Source: an uncultured Thermoleophilia bacterium
Lineage (GTDB): Bacteria; Actinomycetota; Thermoleophilia; UBA2241
Reading direction: 5' to 3'
NCBI GenBank assembly: GCA_963702475.1
Contig: CAVPCT010000003.1
Coordinates: 320,001-384,000, forward strand
DNA: 64,000 nucleotides
The notes beneath the pieces are model-generated. The model saw nothing but the letters and a program-made list of their open reading frames with translations, was not told the DNA's origin and did no database searches. Made by a program: the position numbers and the translations under genes. Below, piece by piece: positions 41,731-54,113 of this stretch. Numbering within the stretch: position 1 is the first letter of the stretch; each line of letters begins with the position of its first letter.

Positions 41731-43538
41731 TCACGTCTCCCCGCGGCCGCCCGTGTGCCGCACGATGAACTCCACCGTGCGGCGATCGTAGTCCACGCGG
41801 TGCTCGAGGCCGCTGATCTCGTGACCCTCGTCCTCGTAGATCACCGCCTCACACTCCACGCCCCTTGCCAGGAGGCGCTCCCTCACGTCGCCGATCTGTT
41901 TTGGCGGGCAGCGGGGGTCCAGGCGCCCGCCGAGCAGCAGCAGGGGCGCCTCGATCCGGTCCAGGTGGGTGATCGGAGAGTAGTACTCCAGCTTGGCGCG
42001 GTCCTTGACGATGTCGCCGGTGTTCTCGCGGTCCCACCAGCGCAGGTCGAAGCGGATGTCCGGATCGGTCTGCGCCTCGATGAAGTCGAAGAACGGTACG
42101 CCGGCCACGCCGCAGGCCCAGAGGTCCGGGAATTGCGTGAGCATGGCCATGGTCAGGAAGCCGCCCCAGCTGCGGCCGGTGACGGCGACGCGCGCGGGGT
42201 CACAGCCGTGGGCCACGAGGAAGCGGTGAGCGGCGGCCACATCGAGCGCCTCGCCTTGGCCCATCAGGTAGCGGTTGGCCAGTTGCCAGCGGCGGCCATA
42301 CCCGTCGCTGCCCCGGTAGTTGGGGTGCACGACGGTCAGCCCGGCCGCGACGAACGCCTGTCGAAGGGGGTCCCACTCGTTGGCGTGGTGCCAGGTCGGG
42401 CCGCCGTGGACGAGCACGACCCCGGCGCCTGTGGGCTCGTCGGGCTCGACGAGCAGGGCCGGCACCTCGGCGAGATGGTCGAGGCTCGTGTACCGTGCCG
42501 GGCGGGCGCGGGCGAAGCGCCGCTCGTCGAGGTCCGGGGGCAGCGCCTCGACGAGGCGCACCGGCGGACCGTCGATCGGCACGCGGAAGAGCTCCGGCGG
42601 CCGCCGCGGACCGCTCAGCACCACGAGTAGCGCAGTGCCGTCGGGCGAGAACGACGGCTGGTAGTGGTTTCCCGGCCCCACCGAGAGGTCGCGCAGCTCG
42701 TCGGTCTGGAGATCGAGGAGGACCAGCCCCGTCTCCCCGTCGCGCTCGACGAGGAACGCGAGGCTGCCACCGTCCGGAGCCCACACCGGGTGGTGCGCGT
42801 CGGACTCGCCCTGCCATGCCCAGGTGACTTCCCCGGTCGCCAAGTGGAAGACGCCGATCGCCGGGTGGTCGAACGGGCCGCCGCTGAAGGCGAGTCTCTG
42901 GCCGTCGTGCGCCCAGGACGGGTGGGCGGCGTAGAAGTCGTCCGCGCCGCCCACGATCGTCGGTGGCGCCCCCGCTCACGTCCAGCACAGAGACGGCTGT
43001 GTCTTGCCCGCGCGTGCCGGCCGCCACCGCCACCCGCGTCCCGTCCGGCGACCAGCGCGGCGAGCTCTCCGTGTACGGGAAGTCGATGAGGTGACGCAGG
43101 GCTGCTGCCGCCGGGCGACGCCTCGCACGGCATCAGCGCCACCGAGTAGCCCTCGCCGTGCGACGCGGTCATGGCGAGGGTCGAGCCGTCCGGGGACAGG
43201 TCGAAGTCGGGGAGGGGCGAGAGGTCGGGGGTCTCCGGCAGCAGATTGTCGAGGTCGCCGGTCGCGGGGTCGTAGCGGTAGAAGTCGTAGCACTCCGAGC
43301 CGCGGTCGTCACAGGCGAAGTAGAGCCGCCCGTCGGGCGCGAACTGCGGGCACAGACAGGCGTCGTCGAGGTCGCCCACGCGGCGCAGGTCCCCGCCGTC
43401 CGGACGCGCAAGGAACACCTGCCAGTCGCCGTCGCGGTAGAGCTGCACGGCGAGCGTGGCGCCGTCAGGGGCCACTGAGAACGGTCTGTAGTCCGCGCCC
43501 ACGCAGGGGACGGACGCCAAGCGCTCGATCAAGGTCAT
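41731..43538 (-). CDS. S9 prolyl oligopeptidase family with PD40 beta-propeller, frameshifted
   Basis: HGGP, NYRGSDGYG, GRSWGG, DPRC and EGHE; N-terminus lies in another frame. Confidence 0.88.
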
Positions 43539-43854
43539 CGGCACTCCTCCTGATGTGTGCTGCGATGCCGTGTGCAAGGAGCGGTCGGCGAATGTCGACC
43601 ACCTGTCCCTGGCGCGCTCGTCCTGAGGACCGATGCGGCAGCGGTCCGGATGTGCTGCAGCCGCCGCCCATCTCAACCCCTGGTCCGACGCGACGGCAAG
43701 GTCTGGGCGCTACCCTGGACGCACCGTGAACACCGCGGCGCGGCGCAGTCGCCAAGCCGGGGTGCGTCAGGGGTGTCGCCCGTACTTCCCAGCCCACGAC
43801 GGAGGCCGCGTGCGCGCTCGTCAGCCCAGTCCGCCCCGTACCCGTGCGCTCGCC

Positions 43855-44163
43855 TCAGCCGCGGGTCTCCGCGAACCGCTTGAACTCCGCCAGGTCCCTC
43901 TCGAGGTGAGCACCCACCGCGGCTTCGGCGGCCGCGTCGCCCTCGTAGGTCACCCTGACGGTGACGCGCGTGCGGTCGCCGGGGAGCTTGACCATGGCCA
44001 CCAATGCGCCCTGCTCGGCATCCTCGGCGAGCGACCACTCGATGTCCGCCTCGGTGCTTGTGCGGTAGTGACCCACCAGGCAGCGGAACATGAACTCCGT
44101 CCACTCGTGATCAGCCTTGCTGATGTCCGTGTCCACTTCGATCGAGCGCTCGATGGCCGGCAT
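43855..44163 (-). CDS. Small SRPBCC/cyclase-like protein
   Basis: IERSIEVDTD...WT.F...IEW...DLAEFKRFAE. Confidence 0.6.
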   Translation of the reverse strand: MPAIERSIEVDTDISKADHEWTEFMFRCLVGHYRTSTEADIEWSLAEDAEQGALVAMVKLPGDRTRVTVRVTYEGDAAAEAAVGAHLERDLAEFKRFAETRG

Positions 44164-44243
44164 GGTTCCCTCCAGTCCCGTCGGTTGTCCTCGATGCCGT
44201 GTTTGTCCACCGCAGAGACCCCTCAAACGGCGGCGAGACTCCA

Positions 44244-46213
<1,970 letters not shown>

Positions 46214-46240
46214 GGTGTGAAGCCTACCCGAACGCGGGGC

Positions 46241-47778
46241 CTACGGTCTGATGACGACCGGCATGCCCACCACGATGCGGTCGAAGAGGTCGACGGCGTC
46301 CCAGTTGTGCATGCGGATACAGCCGTGCGACGCGTAGGTGCCGATGGAGCCGTCGGCGCTCGGAGGCACGCCGTGGATACCCACGCCCGTGGCGCTCGTG
46401 CCCATCCAGCGAGTGCCGAGCGGGTTCTCGGTGCCGGGCGGGATGGGCTGCGCGTCTTTCGCCCAGTCGGAGTCGGGCGGAAGCCAGGTGGGATCCTCGA
46501 TCTTGTCGACGATGTGGAAGCTGCCGGTCGGTGTGGGGTACGCGGGCGCTCCTGTGGCGACGCGGTAGGTCTTGACGACCTTGCCGTCGCGGTACAGGTA
46601 CAGCCTGAGCTCACCGATGTCGACGACGATCTGCCCCCCAGGGCCGTGAGCACGCTGCCGCCGACGATGCCGTCCGCGGTCATGCCGTACTGGGATTGGA
46701 ACTTCTTGACGGCCTTCTCGGTCTTGTCGTCGTACGTGCCGGTGATGTCGCCGGTATACACGCCGTCGGCGGCGAGCAGTTTCTGGAGCTTCCTGACGTC
46801 CTTGCCCTGGGCGCCCTTCCACATGGTCTTGGAGCCGAAGTGCTCGGTGCTGTCGACGAGAAACGTCTGCTTGCGGGTGACGACGTTGCCGCCCTTGTCC
46901 GAGGCCGTGACGGTGATGGTGTGCTTGCCTTGGGCGAGGCCCTTGAGGTCGATGCGGCCGCGGGACGCGGGACCCGAGTAGTCCACCTCCTCACCGTCCA
47001 CGACGACGGTGACCTTGGGCTCGCCGAGCTGGTCCTGCGCGTTGATGCTGAACTTGAACGAGGCGCGCTTCGCGACCTTGTCCACCGTGGTCGTCTTGAG
47101 CACCGGGGCCTCGGCGTCCACGTACACGTCCATCTGGCGCGCCGTGGAGTTGCCGGCCCGGTCGGTGGTCGTGAGGGTGACGTCAGAGGGGCCGTCCGCG
47201 AGTTTGACGCTGACCGAGTAGTTGCCGGCGGCGTCTGCCTGGCCGGAGGCCTTGATGGCGCCGCTGGTCACCGTGACCAGGGCGTAGGGCTCGGTGGTGC
47301 CGCTGAACGTGGGCGGTGAGGTGTTGAGGCGGCCCTGGCCGCTGGACGCCTCGAGCTTGAGCTTGGGAATGCTGGTGTCGACGGTGAAGCGCCAGGCTTC
47401 GTTCACGGTCCGTCGGATCAGGTTGGAGCTGCGGGCGCTGAACGTGACGGCGTGCTCGCCGTCGCCCAGCTCGCCGGTAGTGAACGTGAGCCTGTCGCCG
47501 TCCCGGCTGGTGCTCGCGGTGATGTTCTTGCCGTCCAGAGTGACGCGGATGTCCTTGAGGTTCGAGAGGCCGTTGATGTCCAGCACCACCTCGGTGGACG
47601 GGTTCCTGACGTACAAGCCCGGGCCCGGCGTGACGGCGGCGACGCGCGGCACGCCGATGACCTGCCAGGCGGCCACGGCTGCCAACAGGCACACCGCCGC
47701 GATGACGATGAAGGGCCAACGGCGGCGGCGCGTGTGTTGAGGCTCTTGCCTGTAGACGGTGTAGCCGGGGGTGGCCAC
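46241..47778 (-). CDS. L,D-transpeptidase (YkuD) with Ig-like and peptidoglycan-binding domains, frameshift near 46640
   Basis: N-terminal TM helix; DVRKLQ...FQ...ADGIVG; NPLGTRWM...IHG...SHGCIRM. Confidence 0.88.
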
Positions 47779-47898
47779 TACTTCCTTTCTTGGACGATTT
47801 CGGTCCGATTATACCCGAGGACCCGGCCGGATGGAACGTTGGATGGCGGAATGTCCCAGAGAGCAGGAAAACGGCGGGCCGCGCGAAATGCGGGCCAC

Positions 47899-48669
47899 AT
47901 GGATGAAACGCTGAGCGACCTGCTGGCGGAGGTGGCCTCCGGCCGCCTCGCGCCGGACGCCGCCGCCGAGCGCCTGCGGCGCTTCGGTTACACGGCGGTG
48001 GGCGACTACGCGCGCCTTGACGTGTCGCGGGCGGCCCGCAAAGGCGTGCCCGAGGTCGTCTATGCCGAGGGCAAGACGGCGGAGCAGCTCGTCGAGATCG
48101 TCGGCCGCTTTCTGCAGCACGGTCCGGCGGTGCTGTGCAGTCGGGTCACGCCGGAGCAGGCAGCCGCACTCCTGGCCGGCGTGGCGGGCGAGCTCGAGCA
48201 TGACGAGCGCAGCCGTGTGGTGATCGCCCGCCGGCCCGGCGAGCAGCCGCCGGCGGGCCGCGGCGTCGTCGGCGTCCTCGCGGCCGGTACCAGCGACGTG
48301 CCCGCGGCCGGGGAGGCCGTCGCCATGTGCCGCGCCATGGGCGTCGCCGTCGTAACCGCTTTCGACGTGGGCGTGGCGGGTCTGCACAGGCTGGCGACCC
48401 CACTGGAGGAGATGCGCGCCGCCGGCGCCGCCGCCCTGGTCGTGGCCGCCGGCATGGAGGGCGCACTGCCGTCGGTCGTCACCGGACTCGCCGACGTGCC
48501 GGTGATCGGCCTTCCCACATCCACCGGCTACGGCCTGGGCGGACGCGGCGAGGCTGCGCTCCTCGGCATGCTCCAGAGTTGCAGCCCCGGCCTTGTCGTC
48601 GTGAACATCGACAACGGCATCGGCGCCGGGGCGACGGCGGCGCTCATCGCCAGGCGGAGCGCCACGTGA
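47899..48669 (+). CDS. larB: Nickel pincer cofactor biosynthesis protein LarB
   Basis: GVPEVVYAEGKT, AGTSD, DVGVAGLHRL, AGMEGALPS and VNIDNG. Confidence 0.92.
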   Translation: MDETLSDLLAEVASGRLAPDAAAERLRRFGYTAVGDYARLDVSRAARKGVPEVVYAEGKTAEQLVEIVGRFLQHGPAVLCSRVTPEQAAALLAGVAGELEHDERSRVVIARRPGEQPPAGRGVVGVLAAGTSDVPAAGEAVAMCRAMGVAVVTAFDVGVAGLHRLATPLEEMRAAGAAALVVAAGMEGALPSVVTGLADVPVIGLPTSTGYGLGGRGEAALLGMLQSCSPGLVVVNIDNGIGAGATAALIARRSAT

Positions 48670-49094
48670 AGACCGTCGCCCTGATCCTCCGCGACCACCG
48701 CGACGAGCTCTGGCAGGCGTTGTCAGACCGCGTGCGCGACGTCGTCGCGGAGGACTACCACGAGCTCATCGCCAGCCAGGTCGGGCAGCACATGGTGCGC
48801 AGCCTCACCGACGACTTCGTGACGTGCTCCGAGTCCGAGCCGTACGAGCTGCCCGGGTTGTACCGGCAGGCGGAGGAGCGGGTCGCGGGGGAGGCCACAT
48901 CACGCGTCCAGCTCGGCTTCGACCGCATGGACATGGTGCGCACCCTGCAGGGGCTGCGCGGCGCCGCCGTCGACGTGCTGGTCGACGCCATGGCCGCCGG
49001 AGAGGTGCCCTCCTTCGCCGACACCCTCTTCCAGCTCAGGGCCGTCGACGACCTGCTTGACGCGCTCGTGCGCGCCGTGTGGGAGGCGGCCTGA
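48666..49094 (+). CDS. Hypothetical helical protein (RsbRD-N/globin-like sensor possible)
   Basis: GTGA overlap with the larB stop; R..LGF...D pattern. Confidence 0.55.
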   Translation: MKTVALILRDHRDELWQALSDRVRDVVAEDYHELIASQVGQHMVRSLTDDFVTCSESEPYELPGLYRQAEERVAGEATSRVQLGFDRMDMVRTLQGLRGAAVDVLVDAMAAGEVPSFADTLFQLRAVDDLLDALVRAVWEAA

Positions 49095-49205
49095 CGGGCG
49101 TCGCGCCGGACGGCCGCCGCCGGCCGTCCGGCGATCCGCGCGCTTCTTCCCGCACCGCCGGGGGCTCACTTGCGCCTCTCCGGCGGCGCGGGTAGGGTGG
49201 CCGCG

Positions 49206-50270
49206 ATGCTTCAGCTGGCGCTCATCTACGGCGGCCGCTCGGCCGAGCACGAGATCTCCGTGGCCTCGGCCCGTTTCGTCTCCGCCATGCTCGACCGCGA
49301 CAGGTACGAGGTCGTCCCGGTGGGCATCACGAAAGAGGGTCGGTGGGTCCTGCCGCGTGACCCGGAGGCGGCTCTGGCCGATGGGCTCGAGGCGAGTCCG
49401 TGCGACCCTGTCCACCTCGTCGCCGACCCCGCGCAGCCTGGTCTGCTTGTCGCCGACGGGTCGTTCCGGCCGCTGGACTTCGCCTTTCCCATCATGCACG
49501 GCACGTTCGCCGAGGACGGCACCATCCAGGGGCTCCTGGAGATGGCCGGCCTCGCCTACGCGGGATCCGGCGTGCTGGCGAGCGCGGTCGGCATGGACAA
49601 GGAGATCATGAAGGCCGTCTTCGCCGCGGCCGGGCTGCCGCAGGTGGACCACGTCGTGCTGCGCGACGGCGCTGCCGTGGAGCCCGGCGCCGTCGCGCTG
49701 GTCGAAGACAGGCTCGCCTACCCGGTGTTCGTCAAGCCGGCCAATCTCGGCTCGAGCGTGGGCATGACCAAGGCCCACGACCGCGCCGAGCTCGCTCCGG
49801 CGCTCGGCCTGGCGGCCTCGTACGACCGCAAGGTCATCGTCGAGGCCACCTCGACGGGCCGCGAGATCGAGTGCGCGGTCCTGGGTAATGAGGAGCCGCG
49901 GGCCTCCGTCGCCGGCGAGGTCCTCCCCGTGAACGAGTACTACGACTACGAGTCCAAGTACACAGAGGGGATGATGGAGTTCGTCATCCCCGCCGCCGTC
50001 GACGACACCATCATGGCGCGCGCGCGGGCGCTGGCCCAGGCCGCCTTCTCGGCCATCGATGCCAGCGGGTTCGCGCGCTGTGACTTTTTCCTCGAGTCCG
50101 ACGGGCGTGTGCTCGTGAACGAGATCAACACCATCCCCGGCATGACAGCCATGAGCGGGTTCCCCCGTCTGTGGGCCGCCACGGGGGTCGACGGGCCGGC
50201 GCTGGTCGAGGAGATCGTGCGGCTCGGCCTGGCGCGGCACGAGGCGCGCGCCATCCGCACCGATCACTGA
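49206..50270 (+). CDS. ddl: D-alanine--D-alanine ligase
   Basis: GGRSAEHEIS, EDGTIQG, VKPANLGSSVG, YDYESKY and NEINTIPG. Confidence 0.95.
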   Translation: MLQLALIYGGRSAEHEISVASARFVSAMLDRDRYEVVPVGITKEGRWVLPRDPEAALADGLEASPCDPVHLVADPAQPGLLVADGSFRPLDFAFPIMHGTFAEDGTIQGLLEMAGLAYAGSGVLASAVGMDKEIMKAVFAAAGLPQVDHVVLRDGAAVEPGAVALVEDRLAYPVFVKPANLGSSVGMTKAHDRAELAPALGLAASYDRKVIVEATSTGREIECAVLGNEEPRASVAGEVLPVNEYYDYESKYTEGMMEFVIPAAVDDTIMARARALAQAAFSAIDASGFARCDFFLESDGRVLVNEINTIPGMTAMSGFPRLWAATGVDGPALVEEIVRLGLARHEARAIRTDH

Positions 50271-50374
50271 GCTACGGAAGAGGGCTCAGCTGACGGGGCG
50301 GCGCAGCGGCACCGGCTACTGAGCTACGGAAGAGGGCTCAGCTGACGGGGCGGCGCAGCGGCACCGGCTACTGA
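50266..50374. repeat. Perfect 52-bp tandem duplication containing a CTGAGC...GCTCAG hairpin
   Basis: ACTGAGCTACGGAAGAGGGCTCAGCTGACGGGGCGGCGCAGCGGCACCGGCT x2, plus a trailing ACTGA. Confidence 0.9.
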
Positions 50375-50413
50375 CCGACGCAGGCGCCGCCACCCAGGGG
50401 CGCCCCGCTCACC

Positions 50414-50827
50414 TCACCGCGAGCTGCGTGTGGCGCTGGGGTTCGTCACCCGTTCGACCCACTCTCTGAGGCCGACGTAGCGGAGGAGCTTGAACGCGCG
50501 CGTCTTGGCGTGGGCCTTCGCCGTGACGGTGAAGACCGCCGACCCGTCGGCCGCCGTGGACACCTCGAAGCCCATGAGCTCCTCGTTCGCGATCACCAGG
50601 GCCTGCTGCGCGGCGAGCTTGGCGGCGGTTGGGCTCTGTGTCTGGACGTACTCGGTCGCGGCCGCGCGAGCCGCGCGCAGGGCGTCGTCCTTGACGCTCT
50701 GGTTCGCCCAGAAGATGGCGAGGCCGTCCAGCACGGCGACGGCGAGGACCACGATGATGACGACGAGCCAGACGATCTCGCGGATGAAGCCGTCCTCTGC
50801 ACGCCAGCGTGCGCTCACCTTGCTCAC
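50414..50827 (-). CDS. Hypothetical N-terminally anchored protein (Tad/pilin-like)
   Basis: AEDGFIREIVWLVVIIVVLAVAVLDG, then A.RAARAAA, typical of TadE/G-like proteins. Confidence 0.55.
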   Translation of the reverse strand: MSKVSARWRAEDGFIREIVWLVVIIVVLAVAVLDGLAIFWANQSVKDDALRAARAAATEYVQTQSPTAAKLAAQQALVIANEELMGFEVSTAADGSAVFTVTAKAHAKTRAFKLLRYVGLREWVERVTNPSATRSSR

Positions 50828-50858
50828 GCCTCCGTGGTCGCCTGCGGTCCTGTCGCAC

Positions 50859-52151
50859 TCAGTGTACTGCAGGGGGCGTGATGAGGTGGATGCAGAGCAC
50901 TGCCAGGTCGTCGGCGGGAGGCCGGGCCGAGAACGCCTCGCCCTCCTGGAGGAGCCGGTCCACGACCTCCGCTGCCGGGAGGTCGTGGCAGCCCCGCAGG
51001 ACGTCGGGGAGCGCGTCCTCGAAGAACCCGCCGGACGCGTCGCGCAGCTCGGTGAGTCCGTCGGTGAAGAACAGGACCACATCGCCTTGCCGCAGCTCGA
51101 TGGTCTCCTGAGGGTACGGCGCCAGCGCCGCGCCCAACTCGACGCCGATGGCCGGCTCCGTGAGCAGCAGCGGCCTCTCGACGCGGTCGGCGCGCACGAT
51201 GAAGGGCGTGGGGTGCCCGGCGCTGGCGAGCTGAAGGAGCCCACGCGTCACGCTCAGGGTGCCGAAGAGCACGGTGACGAAGCGCTCGAAGTCCCCTACG
51301 AAGTCCGGTTGCTCGAGGAGGGCCGTGCGCAGCTCCTGCAGCGCCTCGCCCGGATGGGTGGGCCACGACAGCTGACCGCCCTGGACGGCGGCGCGCAGCA
51401 CGTACTTCGTCACGAACGTGACGGCCATGGCGTCCACCCCCTTGCCGGCGACGTCGCCGATCGCGAACGCGAGGGCGCCCGGAGAGCGGCTGTAGAAGTC
51501 GACGAAGTCGCCGCCGCTCAAGACGCCGGCACTCGCCGAGCGATACGAGAAGGCGATGTCGAGTCCGTCCAGGCGCGGGGGCTTCTGGGGGAGCAGCTTG
51601 CGCTGCAGGCGGTCGGCGATGTCGGCCTGGACGGCGCAGAACTCGGTGACGCAGCGCCGCCGCTCCCGCACCTCGTCCAGGCGGACCGTAGCCAGGCGGG
51701 CCAGCGCCGCCAGCGCCTGCAGGTCGGCGTCGGTGTACGCCTCGTCCCGGCCGACCGCCACGAGACAGGGCGACGCCTCGGTCGGCGCGAGAGGTACGGC
51801 GGCGGCGTGGGTTACCTCGCCCCCGAAGACCCGCTCCGCCGCCGCGCCGCCGAGGGTCACCGGCGCCCCGCCGGCGCTGCCCGACGCGCCCACCCCAGGC
51901 GGCCACCGTTGGCTGCGGGCAGCCCATCCCTCGGTCTGGCGGTAGCGCTCCTGCGCCTCGGTCGCGCCGGCTTCGCCGCGTGCAACCAGGCCGTGCCCCG
52001 AGCGGGTGAGCCGGCAGGCGGCCTCGACCGTGGCGCGCAGCACGGCGTCGGTCTCGCAGGCCGCCGTCAGAGCGGCGACGGCGTCGAGGGCTCGCACCGT
52101 CGCATCGGCGTCGCTGCACAGGTGCTCGGGCGTTGTGTGGGGCGGCGCCAT
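50859..52151 (-). CDS. SpoIIE/RsbU-type PP2C phosphatase with degenerate GAF
   Basis: LQRKLLP, GGDFVDF, IGDVAGKG, SAGHP, FTDGLTE and DDLAVL. Confidence 0.9.
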   Translation of the reverse strand: MAPPHTTPEHLCSDADATVRALDAVAALTAACETDAVLRATVEAACRLTRSGHGLVARGEAGATEAQERYRQTEGWAARSQRWPPGVGASGSAGGAPVTLGGAAAERVFGGEVTHAAAVPLAPTEASPCLVAVGRDEAYTDADLQALAALARLATVRLDEVRERRRCVTEFCAVQADIADRLQRKLLPQKPPRLDGLDIAFSYRSASAGVLSGGDFVDFYSRSPGALAFAIGDVAGKGVDAMAVTFVTKYVLRAAVQGGQLSWPTHPGEALQELRTALLEQPDFVGDFERFVTVLFGTLSVTRGLLQLASAGHPTPFIVRADRVERPLLLTEPAIGVELGAALAPYPQETIELRQGDVVLFFTDGLTELRDASGGFFEDALPDVLRGCHDLPAAEVVDRLLQEGEAFSARPPADDLAVLCIHLITPPAVH

Positions 52152-52158
52152 GACCCGG

Positions 52159-52698
52159 TCAGCCGCGGGGCCGCGAGAGTGCCAGCGTGACCCCTGCCTG
52201 GATGCCGACGGCGACGATCGCCATGAGCAGGGCCCAGCTCATCGGCAGGCCCAGGATGTTCACCACGAACACGAGCGTCACCGCCCACAGGAGCGCACCG
52301 GGGAGGACGTTGCGGACGAGGCGGCGGCGCATGCCGAGCAGGGCGAGGCGCCGCCGCATCCCTTGGCCGCGGGCGGTGTCGTCCAGATAGCTGGCCGCGC
52401 GTGCGTGCAGCCGGGACGTGAGCTCGCTGCCGTCGGTGGCGTACAGACGGCAGTGCAGCGGCAACCCCGAGCGCCGGCGCAGCACTGCGTCCTGCGCCCG
52501 TGCGAAGTACTCCACCAGCGAGAAGAAGCGGTCATCCTGAGAGAGCTTGCCGCTGGCCAGCGTGATGTCCAGGTAGAGGCGGTTCTCCGCGACGTCGTAG
52601 AGGATCGACGAGCGCCAGGCGCGCCTGTCGAAGAACGCCCCGAGAAACCGGTCCAGGTCGGCCGGGATGGTCTCGACGTCCTGCGGTTCTCTCGTCAT
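52159..52698 (-). CDS. Hypothetical protein with two C-terminal TM helices
   Basis: Fills the gap between genes on the same strand; hydrophobic C-terminus. Confidence 0.6.
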   Translation of the reverse strand: MTREPQDVETIPADLDRFLGAFFDRRAWRSSILYDVAENRLYLDITLASGKLSQDDRFFSLVEYFARAQDAVLRRRSGLPLHCRLYATDGSELTSRLHARAASYLDDTARGQGMRRRLALLGMRRRLVRNVLPGALLWAVTLVFVVNILGLPMSWALLMAIVAVGIQAGVTLALSRPRG

Positions 52699-52832
52699 GG
52701 TCTGATTGTACCCGCGGGCGCGCGAGGCGGCAGCCGCAGACCCCGGGTCGGGGCCGGGCGCGGCGATACGGTAGACTACCCGCGGCCATCAACGGGCGGT
52801 CCCGCCCTGCACCCGGATCACAGGAGCTCTTC

Positions 52833-54098
52833 GTGAAGATCGCAGTCATCGGCCTCGGCTACGTCGGCCTGCCGCTGGCCATGGTGTTCGCGGAGGCGGG
52901 CACGCGGGTCGTCGGCATCGAGGCAGTGGCGGCGCGCTGCGACGAGGTCAATGCGGGCCGCAGCTACATCCAGGACGTGTCGTCCGACGCGCTGAAGGCA
53001 GTGGTCGACGCGGGGCTCGTCGGCGCCACCACCGACTACGCTGCGACCGAGGACTGCGACGCCATCATCATCTGCCTGCCCACGCCGCTCAACGCCAACC
53101 GCGAGCCCGACCTCTCGATGGTCAAGGACGCGACGGAGAAGCTGGCCGGGTACCTGCGGCGCGGCCAGCTGGTCACGCTGGAGAGCACCACCTACCCGGG
53201 CACGACGCGCGACGAGCTCGCGCCGATCCTCGAGAAGGGCTCAGGCCTCACCGCGGGCGTCGACTTCCACCTCGCCTTCTCGCCGGAGCGCGTCGACCCC
53301 GGCCGCACCGACTACACCACCAAGACCACGCCCAAGGTCATCGGCGGCCTCACCCCTGCGTGCACGGCGCGGGCGCTTGAGGTGTACGGGCCCGCGCTGG
53401 ACCACGTCGTACCGGTGAGCACCCCAGAGGTCGCGGAGATGACCAAGCTGCTGGAGAACATCTTCCGCAGCGTCAACATCGCCCTCATGAACGAGCTCGC
53501 CATGCTCTGCGACCGCATGAAGGTGGACGTGTGGGAGGTCATCGACGCGGCCGCCACCAAGCCGTTCGGCTTCATGAAGTTCCAGCCGGGACCGGGCCTG
53601 GGCGGCCACTGCATCCCCATCGACCCCTTCTACCTGAGCTGGAAGGCGCGCGCGTTCGACTTCTGGACGGAGTTCATCGAGCTGGCCGGCAAGGTCAACG
53701 AGAACATGCCGTACTTCTGCGTGGAGAAGCTGCACCGCGCGCTCAACACGCGCAACAAGAGTCTGAACGGGGCCAAGGTCCTCGTCCTGGGCGTCGCCTA
53801 CAAGGCGGACATCGACGACCTGCGCGAGAGCCCCGCGCTCAAGGTGATTCGCCTGCTGCGCGAGCACGGCGCCGACGTCGCCTATCACGACAGGTACTGC
53901 CCCGAGCTGGCCGAGTTCGGCCTGAGCTCGGTGCCGCTCGACGAGTATCGGAGCCTCGCCGGATACGACGTCGTGGCCATCGTCACGGCGCACTCGGACG
54001 TGGACTACCGGGCCCTCGTCAACGAGGCCGACCTAGTGGTCGACTTCCGCAACGCCACGGCCGGCATCCCGAGCACGGCCAACGTCTGGAAACTCTGA
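52833..54098 (+). CDS. UDP-N-acetylhexosamine 6-dehydrogenase (WbpA/WecC-like)
   Basis: GLGYVG, ESTTYPGTT, SPERVDPG, GGHCIPIDP and RESP. Confidence 0.93.
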   Translation: MKIAVIGLGYVGLPLAMVFAEAGTRVVGIEAVAARCDEVNAGRSYIQDVSSDALKAVVDAGLVGATTDYAATEDCDAIIICLPTPLNANREPDLSMVKDATEKLAGYLRRGQLVTLESTTYPGTTRDELAPILEKGSGLTAGVDFHLAFSPERVDPGRTDYTTKTTPKVIGGLTPACTARALEVYGPALDHVVPVSTPEVAEMTKLLENIFRSVNIALMNELAMLCDRMKVDVWEVIDAAATKPFGFMKFQPGPGLGGHCIPIDPFYLSWKARAFDFWTEFIELAGKVNENMPYFCVEKLHRALNTRNKSLNGAKVLVLGVAYKADIDDLRESPALKVIRLLREHGADVAYHDRYCPELAEFGLSSVPLDEYRSLAGYDVVAIVTAHSDVDYRALVNEADLVVDFRNATAGIPSTANVWKL

Positions 54099-54113
54099 GA
54101 GGGAGAACAACCC

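Noticed and set aside
43781-43792. CGTACTTCCCAG resembling the regulon box
   Set aside because: Wrong orientation for the flanking minus-strand genes, and no GTCACAG or -10
46241-47778. Programmed frameshift in the L,D-transpeptidase and other split genes
   Set aside because: The breaks are isolated indels, often in short G/C runs, within a sequence showing widespread indel errors; no slippery-site evidence
50266-50374. Possible CRISPR array
   Set aside because: Only two fully identical units, no variable spacers and no cas genes
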